Assembly: GCA_001552015.1 (NCBI GenBank)
Contig: CP010514.1
Span: forward strand, 573,888 to 605,887
Reading direction: 5' to 3'
DNA length: 32,000 nt
Origin: Candidatus Nanopusillus acidilobi
Lineage (GTDB): Archaea > Nanobdellota > Nanobdellia > Nanobdellales > Nanobdellaceae
Position numbers and translations under genes: made by a program. Of the stretch, positions 8,427 through 17,660 are shown in pieces (the first letter of the stretch is position 1; each line of letters opens with the position of its first letter). The notes beneath the pieces are model-generated. The model was not told the origin of the DNA. It did no database searches and was given only the letters and a program-made list of their open reading frames with translations.

Positions 8427-9716
8427 TCAATAACTATTTTTTATCTTATTTTTTACTATTCTGTAGATATCTTCCAAATTATTGATTGATATTTTAATTC
8501 TTTCTTTTGTATACCTATCCTGTAATAAAACACTTTTCTCTGATAGTTCCTTTTTTCCAATAATTAATAAGAACCTTATATCCTTATCAACTGCATATTT
8601 TATTTGCTTATCAAAATCTCTTTTCATCAAATCAATATAACAATTTAATCCGATTTCCCTTAATTTATTACATATATTCCATGCATCTTTAAATGTATCT
8701 TCAAAATATATTACACATATTTCTGTATAAGTTTTTTTATCAATCTTAAATATTCCTAATTCTATTCCAGCATCAATCAGTCTTTCTACTCCAATACTTC
8801 CACCTACAGCAGGTATTTCTTCATTTGTAAATAATTTTAACAAATTATCATATCTTCCTCCTCCAGATAGTGATCCAATTTTTGGTTTTTCAACAATTGC
8901 TTCATATATCATTCCAGTGTAATAATCCAAACCCCTTACTAAAGATAAATTTATTTCTATTTTACTTTTATCATCTAATAGATCTAAAATGTTATTAAAA
9001 TAATTTATCTCTTTTGATATTTCTTCATATTTTGATAAATAATCAATTACTTCTTGATTCCTTAATGATATTATTTCAACAATTTTATCAGATAAATCTC
9101 CAACAACATTATTTAATTCTTTTCTTATATTTTCTATTCCAATTTTATCTAACTTATCAATTATTGTATATACCTTTTTTATTTTTTCTTCACTTATATT
9201 TAAATTTTTCTCAAAAATAAATCTTAAGAATTCTCTATTATTTATTATAATTTTATAATTCGAAAAATTAAATTCTTTAAATATAAAATTTACAATATTT
9301 AATATCTCTGCATCAGATTCTGGTTTTCTTGATCCAATTATATCAAAATCTGCCTGATAAAATTCTCTATACCTTCCTTTTTGTGGATTCTCATATCTAT
9401 AAGATTTATCTATTACATATCTCTTAAATGGTAAATTTGGTCTATGATTTGAAAAAAACCTTGCCAAAGGTACTGTTTGATCATATCTTAATGCATATTC
9501 TTTTTCAGAATATGGTAATTTAAATCTCCATATTAATTTATTTTCAGCTTCTTCTCCATATTTTCCTTTCAATGTATCCCAATATTCTATTGTTGGAGTC
9601 TCTATAGGATCAAATCCAAATCTTTGAAATATCTCTTCTATTTTGCTAAATATTTTATTTCTTAATATTTTTATTTCAGTAGGAAAATCCCTTAATCCTG
9701 ATGGCAAATTATACAT
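8427..9716 (-). CDS. hisS: Histidyl-tRNA synthetase
   Basis: GLRDFPT...FGFDPIETPTIEY and YRYENPQKGRYREFYQADFDIIG (class II motif 2) are present, together with GGGRYDNL. Confidence 0.93.
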   Translation of the reverse strand: MYNLPSGLRDFPTEIKILRNKIFSKIEEIFQRFGFDPIETPTIEYWDTLKGKYGEEAENKLIWRFKLPYSEKEYALRYDQTVPLARFFSNHRPNLPFKRYVIDKSYRYENPQKGRYREFYQADFDIIGSRKPESDAEILNIVNFIFKEFNFSNYKIIINNREFLRFIFEKNLNISEEKIKKVYTIIDKLDKIGIENIRKELNNVVGDLSDKIVEIISLRNQEVIDYLSKYEEISKEINYFNNILDLLDDKSKIEINLSLVRGLDYYTGMIYEAIVEKPKIGSLSGGGRYDNLLKLFTNEEIPAVGGSIGVERLIDAGIELGIFKIDKKTYTEICVIYFEDTFKDAWNICNKLREIGLNCYIDLMKRDFDKQIKYAVDKDIRFLLIIGKKELSEKSVLLQDRYTKERIKISINNLEDIYRIVKNKIKNSY

Positions 9717-9759
9717 TATATTAAATTTAAAAATTGTTTAATAAAATATTTGGTTATCT

Positions 9760-10206
9760 ATGGTCGCTCATAGAAAGAAAAAATATAGGAAATATCTTGG
9801 ACAAAGATATGCTAGAAGGGGATATAATGATAGAAATAGAGGTAGAGGAAATAAGGGTGGTGCAGGTTTCTCTGGATGGAGATTTAAGAAACAAAAATAC
9901 ATTAAATTAATTAAGGAATATCCGGAAAAATTTGAAGATAAAAAAGGATTTACAAGTATTAAATATAATGTTGAAAAATCTATAATTAATTTGGGAGATA
10001 TAGAAGAATATTTTGATTATTTATTATCAGAAGGAATAATAAAAAATGAGGGAGAATATTATACAATAGATTTAGATGAAATAGGCGTTGATAAATTATT
10101 AGGAGCTGGAAGAATTAGCAAAAAAATGAAAATATATGTAAGAGAAGCTTCAGAAGGAGCAATAGAAAAGGTTAAAAACATCGGTGGGGAGGTTATAATT
10201 AAATAA
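9760..10206 (+). CDS. rpl15p: Ribosomal protein uL15
   Basis: The basic N-terminus RGRGNKGGAGFSG and the C-terminal KLLGAGRISKKMKIYV match uL15. Confidence 0.9.
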   Translation: MVAHRKKKYRKYLGQRYARRGYNDRNRGRGNKGGAGFSGWRFKKQKYIKLIKEYPEKFEDKKGFTSIKYNVEKSIINLGDIEEYFDYLLSEGIIKNEGEYYTIDLDEIGVDKLLGAGRISKKMKIYVREASEGAIEKVKNIGGEVIIK

Positions 10207-10676
10207 TGGACCTATCATTACAAAAAAGATTAGCATCTGAAATCCTTGGTGTTGGAAAAGATAGAATATGGATAGATCCGAATAAAATACAGGATGTATC
10301 TAAAGCTTTAAGTAGATCTGATATTTTAGATTTAATTGATAAAGGAATAATAAGAGTAAAAAATGTTAAAGGTCAATCTAGAACATGGGCAAATTATATT
10401 AAGGAACAGAAGAAAAAGGGAAGAAGAAGAGGAGCAGGATCTAGAAAAGGAGGTAGAAAAGCTAGATTAGACAAAAAAGAAAATTGGATGAAAAGAATAA
10501 GAGCAATAAGAAAGTTATTAAGAGAATTGAAAGAGAAAAATATAATTGATAAAAAGTTATATAGGGAGTTATATAAAAAAGCTAAAAGTAATGAGTTTAA
10601 GAGCAAAAGAGCTATTTTAATTTATCTTAAGGATTTAGGAATATTAAAGAATGAAAAAGAAGTTTTAAATAAATAG
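10206..10676 (+). CDS. rpl19e: Ribosomal protein eL19
   Basis: LQKRLASEILGVGKDRIWIDPNK is the L19e signature. The start overlaps the uL15 stop (TAATG). Confidence 0.93.
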   Translation: MDLSLQKRLASEILGVGKDRIWIDPNKIQDVSKALSRSDILDLIDKGIIRVKNVKGQSRTWANYIKEQKKKGRRRGAGSRKGGRKARLDKKENWMKRIRAIRKLLRELKEKNIIDKKLYRELYKKAKSNEFKSKRAILIYLKDLGILKNEKEVLNK

Positions 10677-10728
10677 TTTATAAGATTTTTTATTTAAAGT
10701 TTATAATAATTTCACCTATATATTTTTT

Positions 10729-10932
10729 ATGGCAACACCATCCCAATTAAGAACAGAAATAGAATCTGCATTTAAAAAGGGTGTATCAAAGGAAGAAATA
10801 GATAAATTAGCACAACAAATAGCAAGTAAATTAGGAAAGAAACCAGCAGTTGTAAAAGCATTAATTACAAGATACATGAATAAAGGAATGATAAAGGAAC
10901 AAGGAGGAAAATATGTTTGGGCTGGTCAGTAA
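10729..10932 (+). CDS. Small (67 aa) hypothetical protein, possibly winged-helix-like
   Basis: The ORF has host-like codon usage and its own intergenic spacer. No family is recognised. Confidence 0.5.
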   Translation: MATPSQLRTEIESAFKKGVSKEEIDKLAQQIASKLGKKPAVVKALITRYMNKGMIKEQGGKYVWAGQ

Positions 10933-11038
10933 AGTTTTTTCTTCATTTATATTTTATAAAAAAGATAATAATTTTTAATTTAACAATATTTTAATGAAAA
11001 TTTATTATTTCAAAAAATAATTGAAAATATTCTTCAAG

Positions 11039-11113
11039 TGCCCCCACCGGGATTTGAACCCGGGTCTCGGGGATGAGGACCCCGTATCCTGGACCTGACT
11101 AGACGACGGGGGC
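11039..11113 (-). tRNA. tRNA-Glu (nominal anticodon CUC), no encoded CCA
   Basis: The minus strand GCCCCCG-UC-GUCU...GGAU-A-CGGGG-UCCUCAU-CCCCG-AGAC-CCGGG-UUCAAAU-CCCGG-UGGGGGC-A folds as a cloverleaf. The discriminator A fits Glu. Loop position 33 is C rather than U. Confidence 0.85.
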
Positions 11114-11397
11114 TATGGATTATTTAATATATATTCAGAATTTTGAGTTATAACTATTATATTTGTTCCATTATCATAACATATCATATTCTCTTCTAAA
11201 CAAATATTGTAATATGTTTGATTTATAGTAGAAGAATAATTTGGATATAATAATAATTTAACATAAAAATCTTCTGCAATATATTTACCAATATTTGGTT
11301 GATAATAGAAATTATTTTGTAAATTTGAAATAAAAAATAATGTAATAAATAATATTAAAACTAAATATAATAAAATAAATTGGGATTTCATTTCCAA
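11113..11397 (-). CDS. Small secreted/membrane protein with an N-terminal hydrophobic helix (pilin-like), third gene of a three-gene operon
   Basis: MEMKSQFILLYLVLILFITLFFI is followed by an Asn/Tyr-rich domain with NYS, NQT and NGT sequons. It overlaps the upstream ORF by 10 nt. Confidence 0.5.
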   Translation of the reverse strand: MEMKSQFILLYLVLILFITLFFISNLQNNFYYQPNIGKYIAEDFYVKLLLYPNYSSTINQTYYNICLEENMICYDNGTNIIVITQNSEYILNNP

Positions 11398-11732
11398 TAT
11401 ATATCTACATAATCTACTGAGCCATTAATAATATAAAAAGTTTCAATTCCCTGTTCAGATTCATTTAAATTCGTATTATTAAATGCAACTTGTCCATTTA
11501 TTTCAACATAATAATATGGTAAAATATTTGTAACAATTTGATATAAACTACTGTTTAGCTGTTGTGTATTATTTAGATACATATAATTTATTGATATTAA
11601 TGATGCATATAGATCTTCTTTATTATACCCTCTAATATAGAAATTACTATAATATGTTGAAGTTAAAATAAAATATAAAACAATTATTACAACTACTAAT
11701 TCAATAAATATTGATATACTAAAAGATTTCAT
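11388..11732 (-). CDS. Type-IV-pilin-like small protein (class III signal peptide candidate)
   Basis: MKSFSISIFIELVVVIIVLYFIL has a short basic leader, then a hydrophobic helix containing Glu, as in prepilins. Five N-x-S/T sequons are present. Confidence 0.55.
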   Translation of the reverse strand: MKSFSISIFIELVVVIIVLYFILTSTYYSNFYIRGYNKEDLYASLISINYMYLNNTQQLNSSLYQIVTNILPYYYVEINGQVAFNNTNLNESEQGIETFYIINGSVDYVDIYWK

Positions 11733-12124
11733 TGAACTAATACACTAACCAAATATAATGAGCCATTATAATAGCAAACTCTATTAAATTCTATATAATT
11801 ATTTTGCATATTTGTTATATTATCATTACTAAATATATATTCTTGACTAGTATTACTTAAATTTTCATATATTATTTCATATGGAAAACTTGCTAAATTA
11901 TCCATTATACTTGGATTAAAATTATTTGATGTTAAATTACAAATATTGTCAGTATACTGTTCTGTAATTTCTTTAATCAAAACTCTTCCATCCATAAATT
12001 GATTATATATAATTTGATATTTTTCATTAATATTATAAATATAAGAAACTTTCTCCATTAATAATAATGTAATAAAAAATATTACTAAAACAATTACAAA
12101 TAGCTCAAAAAACCTATCTAGCAT
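11729..12124 (-). CDS. Type-IV-pilin-like small protein, first gene of the operon
   Basis: MLDRFFELFVIVLVIFFITLLL (FxEL + hydrophobic helix). Five sequons are present (NLT, NLS, NTS, NIT, NGS). It overlaps the next ORF at an ATGA junction. Confidence 0.5.
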   Translation of the reverse strand: MLDRFFELFVIVLVIFFITLLLMEKVSYIYNINEKYQIIYNQFMDGRVLIKEITEQYTDNICNLTSNNFNPSIMDNLASFPYEIIYENLSNTSQEYIFSNDNITNMQNNYIEFNRVCYYNGSLYLVSVLVQ

Positions 12125-12166
12125 ATATTATATATTTTATAAACATTTTTATATATAGATGTCTAA

Positions 12167-12742
12167 ATGGATTCAAAACTGGTATCATTATTAAAAGAAA
12201 ATAAAAAAATTGTTACTGTATCGTCTAATAATTTACCAATATCTAGAAAAGATTCTGAAATGGTTGGTAGATTTATTAAATATTTAACAATACCATATGC
12301 AAAGAAATATTTAGAAATGGTTATTGAAAAGAAAGTTGCAGTTCCATATTATAGGTATCATAAAAAACAAGCGCATCATAAAAATGTAATGGGAAATGTT
12401 CCATATGGAAGATATCCAATTAAGGTTTCAAAATATTTTATTAAGCTATTAAATTCTTTAGAAAATAATGCAAAAAATATAGGATTAGATCCTAACAAGG
12501 TTGTAATTGTTTCTGTTAATGTTTCTAAGGGAAATAGGTTTCCTGGAAGGTTAAGGGTAGTAAAGATAAAAACAGGTCCTGGTGGAGTAAAGAGAACATT
12601 AATTGTTGCTCATAAGAAAACATCCCATATTAAAATATATGGATTATATTTAGAATCTCTAGATACATCTAAAAAATTGAAAAGAAAAAGCTTAAAACAA
12701 ATTGTTAAACAAATATTAGAAGAATGGCGTCAAAAAATATAG
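12167..12742 (+). CDS. rpl22p: Ribosomal protein uL22
   Basis: ISRKDSEMVGRFIKYLTIPYAKKYLEMVIEKKVAVPY matches archaeal L22 / eukaryotic L17. Confidence 0.9.
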   Translation: MDSKLVSLLKENKKIVTVSSNNLPISRKDSEMVGRFIKYLTIPYAKKYLEMVIEKKVAVPYYRYHKKQAHHKNVMGNVPYGRYPIKVSKYFIKLLNSLENNAKNIGLDPNKVVIVSVNVSKGNRFPGRLRVVKIKTGPGGVKRTLIVAHKKTSHIKIYGLYLESLDTSKKLKRKSLKQIVKQILEEWRQKI

Positions 12743-13401
12743 AAGAACTTATAAAAGAACAAAAAATACAGGCAATATTAGATAAAACTTTAAAAAATAG
12801 ATTTAAAGGTAAATTAATTAGTAAAGTTGAATATTTCAAGGTTTCAATGGGTACAAAGGTTATTATATATTGCGCAAGACCCAGATTAGTTCTGGGAAGA
12901 GCAAATGAAAATTTAGATGAAATTAAGAGAATTGTAGAAAATATTGCAAATGTTAAAGATCCAAATATAGAAGTTGTAGGAGTTGAAAATCCATTATTAG
13001 ATTCTGAAATTGTTGCAGATTTAATTGCATCTCAAATTGAAAGATATGGAAACAGAGCAATAAGAAGAATTATGCAAAGAGTAATGGAACAGGTAATGCA
13101 AGCTGGAGCTTTAGGTATTGAAGTAAGAGTTACTGGAAAAATAATTGGAGATAGAACATCTACAATAAGAGAACAAAAGGGATATATTAAAAAATCTGGA
13201 GAAGTAAACAAAATAATTGGAAAAAGTATAAGACATGCAAAATTACCTTCCGGAGTAATTGGAGTACAGGTTAGAATATTAAGACCAACAGACAAGTTAC
13301 CTGATAGAATAAAAATAAAAGATTTATCAGAAATAAAACCTGATGAATTAGAAAAGATAGACCCTTCTTTATTAGAAAAATTAACTAAACAAGGTCAATA
13401 A
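12724..13401 (+). CDS. rps3p: Ribosomal protein uS3
   Basis: KH domain and S3 C-terminal domain are present (GALGIEVRVTGKIIGDRTSTIREQKGYI). It follows uL22 as in the canonical operon. Confidence 0.93.
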   Translation: MASKNIEELIKEQKIQAILDKTLKNRFKGKLISKVEYFKVSMGTKVIIYCARPRLVLGRANENLDEIKRIVENIANVKDPNIEVVGVENPLLDSEIVADLIASQIERYGNRAIRRIMQRVMEQVMQAGALGIEVRVTGKIIGDRTSTIREQKGYIKKSGEVNKIIGKSIRHAKLPSGVIGVQVRILRPTDKLPDRIKIKDLSEIKPDELEKIDPSLLEKLTKQGQ

Positions 13402-14346
13402 TTATTTTAATCTATCAATAAATATTTTTATAATATCTTTTGAATTCAATATTCCCAAAGTTCCTTTTATACATTTTCTTTCAGAGAAATTTTTTACAAA
13501 TCCATATCTTGAATATTTTGAATATATCATAACTGGTACAGGATCTGAAATATGTCTTCCTTTAATTGATGATGTAGAATGATCTCCAGTAATTAATATT
13601 GCATCAAAGTATTCTTTTATTCTTTTTACTAAATATTCATCAATTTCTTCAATTACCTTTTTCTTTTTAAATGGTTCTTTTAAGTGAGATAAAATATCTG
13701 GAGTCCTTATATGAATAAATATTATATCATATTTATTTCTATTTGCTATTGCATATTCTGAAAATGAAAATAAATTTTCATCAATCTTTCCAGTAGTTCC
13801 TAAAGGTTTTTCATAATCAATTTTCAAATATTTTGCAATTGATAAATAAATAGGACTTGAAGATAAATATAATGCCTTTATTTTATATTTATTTTCAAAA
13901 AAATTCTTTTTATTTAAATCTTTATATATTGTTTTATTTTTTATCTTATATTTCTTTAATTTTTCAATTATTTCCTTATCATAATTATCAAAAATTAATA
14001 TATAATCATTATCTTTATATTTTATTATATCATATTCTTCTTTTATTTTTGGATCTTCTTTTGATTCTATTTCAATTAAAAACTGATTTTCTTTTAATTC
14101 TTTATATATTAATGCTTTAAATATTAATTCATTATATTTAAAATCATAACCTAGTAATGATAGATTTGATTCAATACATTTTGGAACATGCCCTCTTTCT
14201 TTTGTATATAATAATCCGCATTCAGAATATCTTACCAACTTATCAATATTTTGTTTTTTAGCATCTTCCAATGGTGTTTTATATCTTAATTCTTTAATTA
14301 AATTATCACCTAATCCATCTAATATAATAAATACCCCCTTATCCAT
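13402..14346 (-). CDS. ApgM-family (alkaline-phosphatase superfamily) cofactor-independent phosphoglycerate mutase-like protein, short and divergent
   Basis: The N-terminus VFIILDGLGDN...KTPLEDAKKQNIDKL and the C-terminus ILITGDHSTS...DPVPVMIY match ApgM. It is 314 aa, whereas I recall about 400 aa for the family. The usual PGSD-type motif reads PKCIES. Confidence 0.6.
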   Translation of the reverse strand: MDKGVFIILDGLGDNLIKELRYKTPLEDAKKQNIDKLVRYSECGLLYTKERGHVPKCIESNLSLLGYDFKYNELIFKALIYKELKENQFLIEIESKEDPKIKEEYDIIKYKDNDYILIFDNYDKEIIEKLKKYKIKNKTIYKDLNKKNFFENKYKIKALYLSSSPIYLSIAKYLKIDYEKPLGTTGKIDENLFSFSEYAIANRNKYDIIFIHIRTPDILSHLKEPFKKKKVIEEIDEYLVKRIKEYFDAILITGDHSTSSIKGRHISDPVPVMIYSKYSRYGFVKNFSERKCIKGTLGILNSKDIIKIFIDRLK

Positions 14347-14385
14347 ATTATTTAAATTATTAAAATTTCTAAATATAATTATTAA

Positions 14386-14469
14386 GCGGCGGTGCCCGAG
14401 CGGACAAAGGGGCTGGGCTCAAGACCCAGTGGAGTAGATCCGTCAGGGGTTCAAATCCCCTCCGCCGCA
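14386..14469 (+). tRNA. tRNA-Leu (CAA), class II with long variable arm
   Basis: Acceptor GCGGCGG/CCGCCGC plus A73. The anticodon stem CUGGG/CCCAG carries loop CUCAAGA. The variable arm is UGGAGUAGAUCCGUC and the T arm is AGGGG-UUCAAAU-CCCCU. Confidence 0.95.
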
Positions 14470-14562
14470 TAGATTGTTTTTATAATTTTAGATAATGTTA
14501 TTAAAACGATATTCCCCACTTCTTTCTTCTACCATGATATTTTATCATAACCCTGAAACAAA

Positions 14563-14580
14563 TTTATATATATAAATATA
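14563..14580 (+). promoter_or_regulatory. TATA-box run upstream of tRNA-Ala
   Basis: TTTATATATATAAATATA ends 15 nt before the tRNA 5' end, with its first TTTATATA at -33 to -26. This spacing would start transcription at or very near the mature 5' end. The AT-rich background limits specificity. Confidence 0.3.
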
Positions 14581-14595
14581 AGAAATTTAATAATC

Positions 14596-14667
14596 GGGCC
14601 CGTAGTCTAGTCGTAGGATGTCGGCCTTGCAAGCCGGAGATCCCGGGTTCAAATCCCGGCGGGTCCA
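14596..14667 (+). tRNA. tRNA-Ala (UGC)
   Basis: Acceptor GGGCCCG/CGGGUCC contains the G3:U70 Ala identity pair. The anticodon loop is CUUGCAA and the T arm is CCGGG-UUCAAAU-CCCGG, with A73. The D-loop is short (AGUCGUA), with U where G19 is expected. Confidence 0.9.
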
Positions 14668-14689
14668 CTTTTATAAAAATTATAAAAAA

Positions 14690-17497
14690 TTAAGCAATTA
14701 TACATTCCGACCATCCACAATCCATACATACAACACAACCAGCTTCATGTTTTAATCTTGTAGATCCACATACAGGACATTTTTCAACTTTATTATTTCC
14801 ATTTTCTTCAACTTTTAATGTATTATCTTCAGCTCTTAATGTATTATTGATGTTTGCATTTAATTTTACTTTTGGTACTTCAACATTAGTAGTTAATTCA
14901 TAATACCAATTTGGTAACTTTATTCCATATTGCTTTAATATTTCAATCGTTCTATTATTTATTTTACCTTCTTTAATTAATCTAAAGTAATCCATAAATC
15001 TTGCTTTACTCGCCTCTGCAGGAGCTACATATACTTGTACAGATTTTGATCCATCTCTATATATTGTAATTCCTTTGCATCCCATCTTATATGCCAATAA
15101 ATATGAATAATATACATCATCTGGTTGAACCCAATTTGGCATATTTATTGTCTTTGATATTGATGTAGTTATCCATATTTGAGCAACTGCCTGTGCTCTT
15201 ATATGATCCCACCATGGTATATCTAATGCTGTTAAGAATATTGCTTTCAAATCATCTGGTATTTCTTTTATTCCCAATAAACTTCCCCCATTATCGGATA
15301 TTTTCTTTAATATATCATTATTATATAATCCTCTTTCCCTTAATTGTCTTTCCAATTCCTGATCTACATAATAATATACGCCAGCAGTTACTCTTTTTTC
15401 ATATACTAAAGAATATTGTGGTTCAATACCTGAAGATGTATCTGCTAACATGGATATAGAACCTGTTGGAGCAATTGATGTTACTTCAACATTTCTTATT
15501 CCATATTTTATTATTTGTTCTTTCAAATATTCCCAATCTAATGTCCATAATTCTTTATGATAATATCCTTCTACAGGTAATTCTCCATCTTTATATGTTG
15601 TTTGATCATATCTATCAAATTTACCCCTTGTTTTTGCTCTTTCAACAGATTCTAACATTGAATAATATGTTAAATATTCTGTTATTTTCATTAATAATTT
15701 ATATCCTTCTTCAGATGTATATGGAATTCCCAATGCATAGAATAAATCTGCTAATCCCATAAATCCAAGACCAACTCTTCTTACCAATTTTGAAGCTTCT
15801 TCAATTTCCTTTATTGGATATTTATTTACGTCTATTACATTATCTAAGAATCTATATGCCCATTTTATTGTTTCAATATATTTATTCCAATTAAATTCTG
15901 CTTTTCCATCTTTAAATTCAACCAAAGCATATAGATTAATTGATCCCAAATTACATGATTCATAAGGATATAGAGGCTGTTCTCCGCAAGGGTTACTGGC
16001 CCTAATTGGTCCTCTATATTTATATTGAACATTTCTTCTATTTATATTATCCATAAATAAACATCCTGGATCTCCTTTTTCCCATGCAACATATGAAGCT
16101 TCCTGTAATATTCTTTCGGGATTTACATATCCTGTAATTGTTTCTTTTGGTATTTTATTTATATCAAAATTTAGATCCCCTGGCAAAGGCAAATTATATT
16201 TCCTTAATAATCTTGGATTAATTAATGGATATTCTTTTTTATTTTCGAAATATTCCCAAAAAGATGGCTCGAACATTATAGATATATTGAAGTTTTCTAA
16301 TACACCTTCTTTTTCCTTTAAATGAATAAATTTAAATATTTCTGGATGCCAGGATTCCAAAATTCCCATGTTTGCCCCTCTTCTCTTTCCTCCTTGTTTT
16401 ACTACATCTGTAACTGTATCTATAATTTTCATAAATGAAACTGGACCTGAAGCAACACCCCCAGTAGATGCAACAACATCACCTTCAGGTCTTAGTTTTG
16501 AATAATTTATTCCAATTCCACCTCCAGATTTAAATATTAAAGCTGCTTCTGTTGCAGATTTCATTATAGATTCCATACTATCATCAATATCTAATACAAA
16601 ACATGCAGATAATTGTCCTAAAACAGCACCAGCATTAAATAATGTAGGAGAATTTGGCATAAATCTTTTACTTGCCATTAGATCATAATATTGATAGAAA
16701 TCTTCGTAATATTTGTCAAATTCGCCATTTTCTAGCATTTTTATAAATTCTGACCATGAAACCTTCATATGACCTCTTTCATTTAAATAATCATACAAAT
16801 ATTTCATTCTTTCTAAATGATATCTATTCCATCTAAATTTAGGATCTTTTATTGGTAATCCATATTTATTTTCGTTTTTTACAAAATCAAATTCTTCTTT
16901 TGTATGTACTTTTTGTTTTCCATCTTTATCATATATTCTTTCATCATATAATAAATCTGGTATTACAATTAATGCAGCAACCCTTTCAAACATTTGCTTT
17001 GGACCTTCTATTAGTTCCTTATATTCATTTCTTAATAAATATCTATTTACCATTAATCTAATTGAATTAACAGAAAATCTTTTTGCAACTTCTTCCTCAT
17101 AGAATTTTCCCAATAAATTTTTCTTTTCTTCTCTTATTTTTTCTTTTTCCTTTCTATAGGAAATATATGCCTTAGCAACATCATATAAATCAAATTTCAA
17201 TAAGGATAATTCGACAATATCTTGAATCTCTTCAACAGTTGGATATTTTATATCATCATATTTTTCTTCTAATACTTTTATTATATAGCCAACAACTTTT
17301 TCTAATTTTTCTTTATCATAAGCTCCAACAGCTTTCATTGCCCTTTCTATAGCATATTTTATTCTTTCTGGATCAAAGTCAACAATTCTTCCATCTCTTT
17401 TAATAACTTTTTTTATTTTATAATTATTTTGTCCCAAAACAACTTCTTTTTCTTTTTTTTCATGAGAATAGCTATTTATAAACTCTTCATCACCCAT
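14690..17497 (-). CDS. nrdJ: Class II (adenosylcobalamin-dependent) ribonucleotide reductase with N-terminal ATP-cone and C-terminal zinc ribbon
   Basis: The ATP-cone is VIKRDGRIVDFDPERIKYAIERA. The catalytic core is SNPCGEQPLYPYESCNLGSINL. The C-terminus is CPVCGS...CVVCMDCGWSEC. Confidence 0.95.
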   Translation of the reverse strand: MGDEEFINSYSHEKKEKEVVLGQNNYKIKKVIKRDGRIVDFDPERIKYAIERAMKAVGAYDKEKLEKVVGYIIKVLEEKYDDIKYPTVEEIQDIVELSLLKFDLYDVAKAYISYRKEKEKIREEKKNLLGKFYEEEVAKRFSVNSIRLMVNRYLLRNEYKELIEGPKQMFERVAALIVIPDLLYDERIYDKDGKQKVHTKEEFDFVKNENKYGLPIKDPKFRWNRYHLERMKYLYDYLNERGHMKVSWSEFIKMLENGEFDKYYEDFYQYYDLMASKRFMPNSPTLFNAGAVLGQLSACFVLDIDDSMESIMKSATEAALIFKSGGGIGINYSKLRPEGDVVASTGGVASGPVSFMKIIDTVTDVVKQGGKRRGANMGILESWHPEIFKFIHLKEKEGVLENFNISIMFEPSFWEYFENKKEYPLINPRLLRKYNLPLPGDLNFDINKIPKETITGYVNPERILQEASYVAWEKGDPGCLFMDNINRRNVQYKYRGPIRASNPCGEQPLYPYESCNLGSINLYALVEFKDGKAEFNWNKYIETIKWAYRFLDNVIDVNKYPIKEIEEASKLVRRVGLGFMGLADLFYALGIPYTSEEGYKLLMKITEYLTYYSMLESVERAKTRGKFDRYDQTTYKDGELPVEGYYHKELWTLDWEYLKEQIIKYGIRNVEVTSIAPTGSISMLADTSSGIEPQYSLVYEKRVTAGVYYYVDQELERQLRERGLYNNDILKKISDNGGSLLGIKEIPDDLKAIFLTALDIPWWDHIRAQAVAQIWITTSISKTINMPNWVQPDDVYYSYLLAYKMGCKGITIYRDGSKSVQVYVAPAEASKARFMDYFRLIKEGKINNRTIEILKQYGIKLPNWYYELTTNVEVPKVKLNANINNTLRAEDNTLKVEENGNNKVEKCPVCGSTRLKHEAGCVVCMDCGWSECIIA

Positions 17498-17660
17498 TTA
17501 AATTTTTTATAAAAAATTTTAAAATCTTTTTCTATGAGATGTTTAAAAATATTGGTTATAAATATTTATTTCATCGATAATCAATAACATATCTTTATAA
17601 ATATAATATCATTGTGTCCTTTCTTTTATTTTCTCTTCTTAATAATTAATTACTTATTTT

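Noticed and set aside
14501-14556. A possible C/D-box sRNA in the tRNA-Leu / tRNA-Ala spacer. AUGAUAU, then 12 nt, then CUGA fits a C'/D half.
   Set aside because: The 5' half lacks a credible C box (ACGAUAU) and D' box, there is no terminal stem, and the region is not G+C-enriched like the other RNAs here. The match is easily produced by chance.
14690-17497. A possible intein or insertion in the 935-aa class II RNR, since archaeal RNRs often carry inteins.
   Set aside because: The RNR-like sequence is continuous, with no Cys/Ser...His-Asn-Cys/Ser/Thr splice-junction blocks or endonuclease-like insert. The extra length is explained by the ATP-cone and the C-terminal zinc ribbon.
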